DNA of 64,000 nucleotides from Candidatus Heimdallarchaeum aukensis. GTDB taxonomy: Archaea; Asgardarchaeota; Heimdallarchaeia; Heimdallarchaeales; Heimdallarchaeaceae. The stretch is from assembly GCA_021513695.1 (NCBI GenBank), contig CP084166.1, positions 2,272,001-2,336,000 of the forward strand, given 5' to 3'. The stretch's first letter is position 1, and the number at the start of each line of letters is the position of its first letter. The position numbers and the translations under genes are program-made. Below are positions 57,848 through 64,000 of the stretch, in pieces. The notes under the pieces were generated by a model. It ran no database searches, was not told the origin of the DNA, and saw only the letters and a list, made by a program, of their open reading frames with translations.

Positions 57848-58444
57848 CTATCTAATGTATATCTCTCTAAATTTCAAAACCTTTTCTTCACTTTGGATAG
57901 CTAATCTTGCAGCATGAGAAAAAAGTTTTTCAACATTTTCAGATGATAATGCAGATGTTTCTATATAATCAAAATTATTTTCTTTTGCATATTCTTCTGC
58001 TTTTTCTCTGTCTACAGCTCTTGCATTTTTTAGATCACTCTTATTTCCACATAAAATAATTGGAATTTCTGAACATTTTTTCTTTATTTCACTAACCCAA
58101 AAGGATACATCATCAAATGTTGACGTTTTAGTAATATCATAGACTACGATAGCAACTTTAGCTCCTAGAAAATATTTTTGTCTAACAAATCCAAAAATTT
58201 CTTGAGCTCCTGTATCCCATAAACTAATTCTAACATTAACATCATCGGTGAGTATATTTTTAGACAAATTTTCATTTAATTCGTCCTTTGTTAAGGAAAG
58301 ACTTTTCGTTAACCAACTCACACCCATTGTTGGGATATAAGAATATGAGAAAGTGTTCATAGCATATCTTCTTGCCAATGATGTTTTTCCTACAAAAGCT
58401 GAACCAATTGTTATAATTTTATACAAATGTCGTTCTATCATTTT
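57848..58444 (-). CDS. Rab/Ras-like small GTPase
   Basis: G1 GSAFVGKTS, canonical G3 WDTAGQE, G4 GNKSDL, G5 ETSAL. Start taken at the internal Met (MIERHLYKI), which overlaps the stop of the upstream longin-like gene by 4 nt (ATGA). Confidence 0.75.
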   Translation of the reverse strand, partial: KMIERHLYKIITIGSAFVGKTSLARRYAMNTFSYSYIPTMGVSWLTKSLSLTKDELNENLSKNILTDDVNVRISLWDTGAQEIFGFVRQKYFLGAKVAIVVYDITKTSTFDDVSFWVSEIKKKCSEIPIILCGNKSDLKNARAVDREKAEEYAKENNFDYIETSALSSENVEKLFSHAARLAIQSEEKVLKFREIYIR

Positions 58445-59292
58445 TATCTCCAAAATATTTCTATTAGTTTTCTTTCTATGTTGATACTGCTTAAACGCCT
58501 CCAATCATCGAGAATCAAAGGCTTTGTATTCGTATTGATTAATTCTCTAAACTGTTCTGGTTCAAAATACTTACTAGTGATATCAACAAATTCTGAAATG
58601 AAATTAAGGAATGTCTCCTTTATTTGGCTATAATCTTCAATTTCTGTTATTTCTGTTGAGTTTACTTCATCTCTTATAAAGAACCCTTCTTTGTCAAAGA
58701 AAAATAACTCGTCAATTTTTTTGTAATCATTTATTAATTTATTAACATCATTTCTTAGTAACTGATTAATTTTTTTCCTTTTCGATTGATCTTCCACAAC
58801 TTTTTGTATTCCTGAACATACTGAATTTATTATATTCTCAAATATTTCTAATAAATTTCTGAACTCAATATCTTTGATGTGATTAGATATAATAGCGTTC
58901 ACTTTGAAAACTTCGGAAATCACCATAGATGGCGATAAGGGTTTTTTTACTTGTTTAATTTCATCAAGGAAATTTTTAGCAGTTTCTTTATCATAGATGT
59001 CAAAAGAGTATAGAAAGAGATTCATTAAAAAGAATAATTGAGAATACGCCATTCCTTCTTTTTGCTCTTGGGAGATTAGTACAAATATGAAATCATACTT
59101 CTTTTCAACTAAAACAATTGTTTTCTTAAAAATTATTTCTCTTAATGGTCCTAATTCTCTTTGTTCTCCCATCTTTATGAATTTTAATAGTTCCGCAAAT
59201 TGGTCAGGTTTAAGAATTAAATTTTCACTATTAGGCGTGTCTGTAAAGATAGTATCGTAGTTATTTTTGTTGAGTATGTAAAAATTAACCAA
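58444..59292 (-). CDS. Longin/roadblock-like domain protein (partner of the Rab-like GTPase)
   Basis: N-terminal YILNKNNYDTIFTD…IVLVEKKYDFIFVLISQEQKEG… fits the longin fold. Remainder helical. Confidence 0.45.
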   Translation of the reverse strand: MVNFYILNKNNYDTIFTDTPNSENLILKPDQFAELLKFIKMGEQRELGPLREIIFKKTIVLVEKKYDFIFVLISQEQKEGMAYSQLFFLMNLFLYSFDIYDKETAKNFLDEIKQVKKPLSPSMVISEVFKVNAIISNHIKDIEFRNLLEIFENIINSVCSGIQKVVEDQSKRKKINQLLRNDVNKLINDYKKIDELFFFDKEGFFIRDEVNSTEITEIEDYSQIKETFLNFISEFVDITSKYFEPEQFRELINTNTKPLILDDWRRLSSINIERKLIEIFWR

Positions 59293-59419
59293 TTAGTACA
59301 CCTTTCTATAATTACTTTTAAATAAATTTAAACTTATTCCTTCTTTAGATTCTGCGTTAACTTTGCCAGTTTCTATTTTTCTTCTATAAATTTTAAAAAG
59401 TATAAAAAAAGATAGAAAC

Positions 59420-61612
<2,193 letters not shown>

Positions 61613-61780
61613 TTATTTCCTCTGATGAAATTCATTTATTATTCCTTGATTCAAAACCTTAATTGACCTTTATTAAGGTTATTTTTTGACAGCATTTTAT
61701 TAACAAATGGGAAATTAGTATTTATATTATATTTTATAAAGAACAAAGAAAAAAGAAACAAAGAAAAAGAAAATGTACTT

Positions 61781-63499
61781 TTAGCAACCCGGAGTGAAGT
61801 AAGGCTTAAGTTCTCCAATATGAGAATCTTCTTCGAGAGTTGCTATCTGATAAATTTTATACCCTCCAGTTAGATTTCTTGGATCAAAACCATGTTGCTT
61901 TAGAATTCGGTATGCGAGATAAGAAGTGAATCCAGTCACACAATGTAGATATACTGGCTTATTTTTTGGAATCTCATCTAGCCTTTCTCTTAATTGACCA
62001 ATAGGTATGTTTATCGCACCTGGAATACAACCTTCAGCATGTAATTCTGGTCCTCTTACGTCAATAATTGTCGCCCCTTCTTCTTTTAATTTCTGTGCTT
62101 CATTCCAATGCCATATCTTCACTTCTCCCCTCATTACGTTAGAAGCAACAAAACCAGCCATATTTACACAATCTCTGGCACAACCAAATTGTGGAGCATA
62201 GCACAATTCAAGATTTTCTAAATCATATACTGTCCCCTTAAAGTTTATAACTGTTGCAATGACATCTATCCTTTTTTCTGTTCCTGGCCCACCTACTGCT
62301 TGTGCTCCTAATATTCTGCCATTTTTAGAGTCAAAAATCAGTTTCATTGATATTTCTTGGGCATCAGGGTAGTAACTTGCATGATTTTGGGGATGAACAT
62401 AGATTTTCTCATAGTTAGTAATTCCTAATGATTTGAGTTGTTTCTCGTTTAATCCAGTTTGAGCAACAGTTTTGTCAAAGACTTTAAGAACAGCCGTACC
62501 TATTGAGCCTTTGTAAGTTGTATCTCTTCCAGCAAGATTGTCAGCAGCTATTCTCCCTTCTCTGTTAGCTGGACCAGCAAGAGGAACAACAGTCGGCTTT
62601 TCAGTAATGAAATTTTTAATCTGAACAGCATCACCTACAGCATATATATCAGGGTCAGAGGTTTGCATGTGTTCGTCAACTATTATATATCCTCGTTCAG
62701 TTAGTTCGAGACCACAATCTTTAGCTAAATGTGTGTCTGGTCTAATCCCTATACTCAAAATGACAAGATCTGTTCCAATTTTCCTTCCGCTTTTAGTAAT
62801 AACTTTGTACTTTCCTTCTCCATCTGTAGACTTCTCAATGCCTACAACCCCATCTCCTAAAATAAGTTTGACCCTATTGAGTACAAGTTCATTATGGATA
62901 AATTGTGCCATCTCTCTGTCTAATGTAGGTAAAACTTGGTCTAAAAGTTCAATTACTTTTACACGAATACCTCTTCGACTAAGATTTTCGACCATTTCTA
63001 ATCCTATATACCCTCCTCCTATTACTGTTGCTGTAACAGGGTTGTTCTTCTCAATAAATTCATATATTTTTTCTGTATCTGGAATATTACGGAGAGAAAA
63101 AATAGGTATATCATCCATTCCTCTGAAAGGAGGACGAATTGGCTCTGCACCAGGTGCTAAAACAAGCTTGTCATAAGAAAGTTCATACTCTTTTCCCACT
63201 TCTCTGTCAATCACTTTAACTATTTTCCTTTCTCGATCGATTGAAATAGCCTCATTCAAAACTCTGACATCAATATTGAAAAACTGTTTAAATTTTTCAG
63301 GTGTCATTAAAACTAGTTTTTCGCGGTCTTGTATCACTTTTCCAATATAATAAGGAAGACCACAGTTTGCAAAAGAAACATATGGTCCTCGTTCTAGTAT
63401 TATTATTTCCGCAAATTCATCTAATCGCCGATATCTAGCTGCTGTGCTTGCGCCACCAGCAACACCACCTATTATTATTATTCTCTTTTTCAATTTCAT
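61781..63499 (-). CDS. CoA-disulfide reductase with C-terminal rhodanese domain (CoADR-RHD)
   Basis: FAD GGVAGGAS, redox Cys SFANCGLPYYIG, NADH GGGYIGLE, C-terminal rhodanese CVTG loop. Confidence 0.75.
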   Translation of the reverse strand: MKLKKRIIIIGGVAGGASTAARYRRLDEFAEIIILERGPYVSFANCGLPYYIGKVIQDREKLVLMTPEKFKQFFNIDVRVLNEAISIDRERKIVKVIDREVGKEYELSYDKLVLAPGAEPIRPPFRGMDDIPIFSLRNIPDTEKIYEFIEKNNPVTATVIGGGYIGLEMVENLSRRGIRVKVIELLDQVLPTLDREMAQFIHNELVLNRVKLILGDGVVGIEKSTDGEGKYKVITKSGRKIGTDLVILSIGIRPDTHLAKDCGLELTERGYIIVDEHMQTSDPDIYAVGDAVQIKNFITEKPTVVPLAGPANREGRIAADNLAGRDTTYKGSIGTAVLKVFDKTVAQTGLNEKQLKSLGITNYEKIYVHPQNHASYYPDAQEISMKLIFDSKNGRILGAQAVGGPGTEKRIDVIATVINFKGTVYDLENLELCYAPQFGCARDCVNMAGFVASNVMRGEVKIWHWNEAQKLKEEGATIIDVRGPELHAEGCIPGAINIPIGQLRERLDEIPKNKPVYLHCVTGFTSYLAYRILKQHGFDPRNLTGGYKIYQIATLEEDSHIGELKPYFTPGC

Positions 63500-63664
63500 C
63501 CCTTAAAAGTTATTTAGTAGAGACTCCTAAATAGAAATATAAAATTAAAGGTATAACTATATTATATCTAATACTAAAAAATATCCAGCAAACTAATGTT
63601 TTTTACATTTTTAGTTAATAGAATTTTGGAAAAATATTAACATATAAAAAAAGAGAAAGTGCAT

Positions 63665-64000
63665 TCACTCTATTTCTTCTAATTCTTCTAACAAATAGCG
63701 AGTACTAGTTTGTTTCATTCGTGAATCTTGTTCTTTTTCTCTTTCACTAATAATATCTCTTTCTATTCGGTCTAAGGCAATAGCAAACGCTCCAAATAAT
63801 CCATAACCCTCTGAGCGAGAGACATAAGTTTTTCCTTTATTTGTTGTTATTCTTAATCTAATCTGATACAAACTGTATCCTCTAAATTTCTTCTTTGGAA
63901 TAGATTTAATATGGATATAGAAATGTCCTGCATTCCCAATCATCAAAGAATATTTATCAATGAACTCTGAAGATAAATCAAAAAGTTGCTTTAAATCTTC
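63665..64000 (-). CDS. Ribosome hibernation factor (HPF/RaiA S30AE-family)-like protein, 5'-partial (frame open to window end)
   Basis: SEGYGLFGAFAIALDRIERDI resembles the HPF C-terminal helix (Y.AID.a.dklerQ). Frame stays open beyond 63946 to the window edge. Confidence 0.4.
   Translation of the reverse strand, partial: EDLKQLFDLSSEFIDKYSLMIGNAGHFYIHIKSIPKKKFRGYSLYQIRLRITTNKGKTYVSRSEGYGLFGAFAIALDRIERDIISEREKEQDSRMKQTSTRYLLEELEEIE

Noticed and set aside
62667-63176. 169-aa plus-strand ORF
   Set aside because: Antisense to the CoADR-RHD gene. Low-complexity S/L/P-rich.

Overview
AT-rich (roughly 30-35% GC) archaeal chromosomal window. It is densely coded on both strands and shows archaeal hallmarks: FEN-1, Hjc, Pelota, archaeal-type DnaG, CDC48, NcsA, Trm5, L40e, an ArcS/RaSEA archaeosine pair, an intron-containing tRNA and an archaeal-type SRP RNA. 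It also carries several eukaryote-like signature genes: two small Ras-superfamily GTPases, each paired with a roadblock/longin-like partner, plus further longin/roadblock-like ORFs and many long coiled-coil proteins. This combination suggests an Asgard (Lokiarchaeia-like) origin, but that is inference. I found 3 tRNAs, 1 SRP RNA and a missed 52-aa ribosomal protein L40e gene. There is a Moco-biosynthesis block (moaC-moaA-MOSC / moeA-moaB) with a nearby Wtp/Mod tungstate-molybdate ABC transporter, a flavin operon with HTH-fused RibK and RibL, NfnAB, and F420-related genes (CofE and an FrhB-family protein). No CRISPR array, integrase or transposase is visible. The most interesting candidates are: (i) a longin-like gene overlapping a canonical Rab-like GTPase gene (WDTAGQE motif); (ii) a roadblock/MglB-like plus MglA-like GTPase pair sitting between large coiled-coil proteins; (iii) an arcS-RaSEA operon with extreme pyrimidine coding-strand bias next to a duplicated tRNA-Lys unit and an orphan beta-class DNA methyltransferase; (iv) an uncharacterised module of a small acidic protein, a coiled-coil/Pro-rich/ArsR-HTH protein and a beta-rich protein, all with strong SD sites; (v) an in-frame 4x30-bp tandem repeat inside dnaG; and (vi) an RG/S-rich, TM, Zn-ribbon protein next to the SRP RNA.
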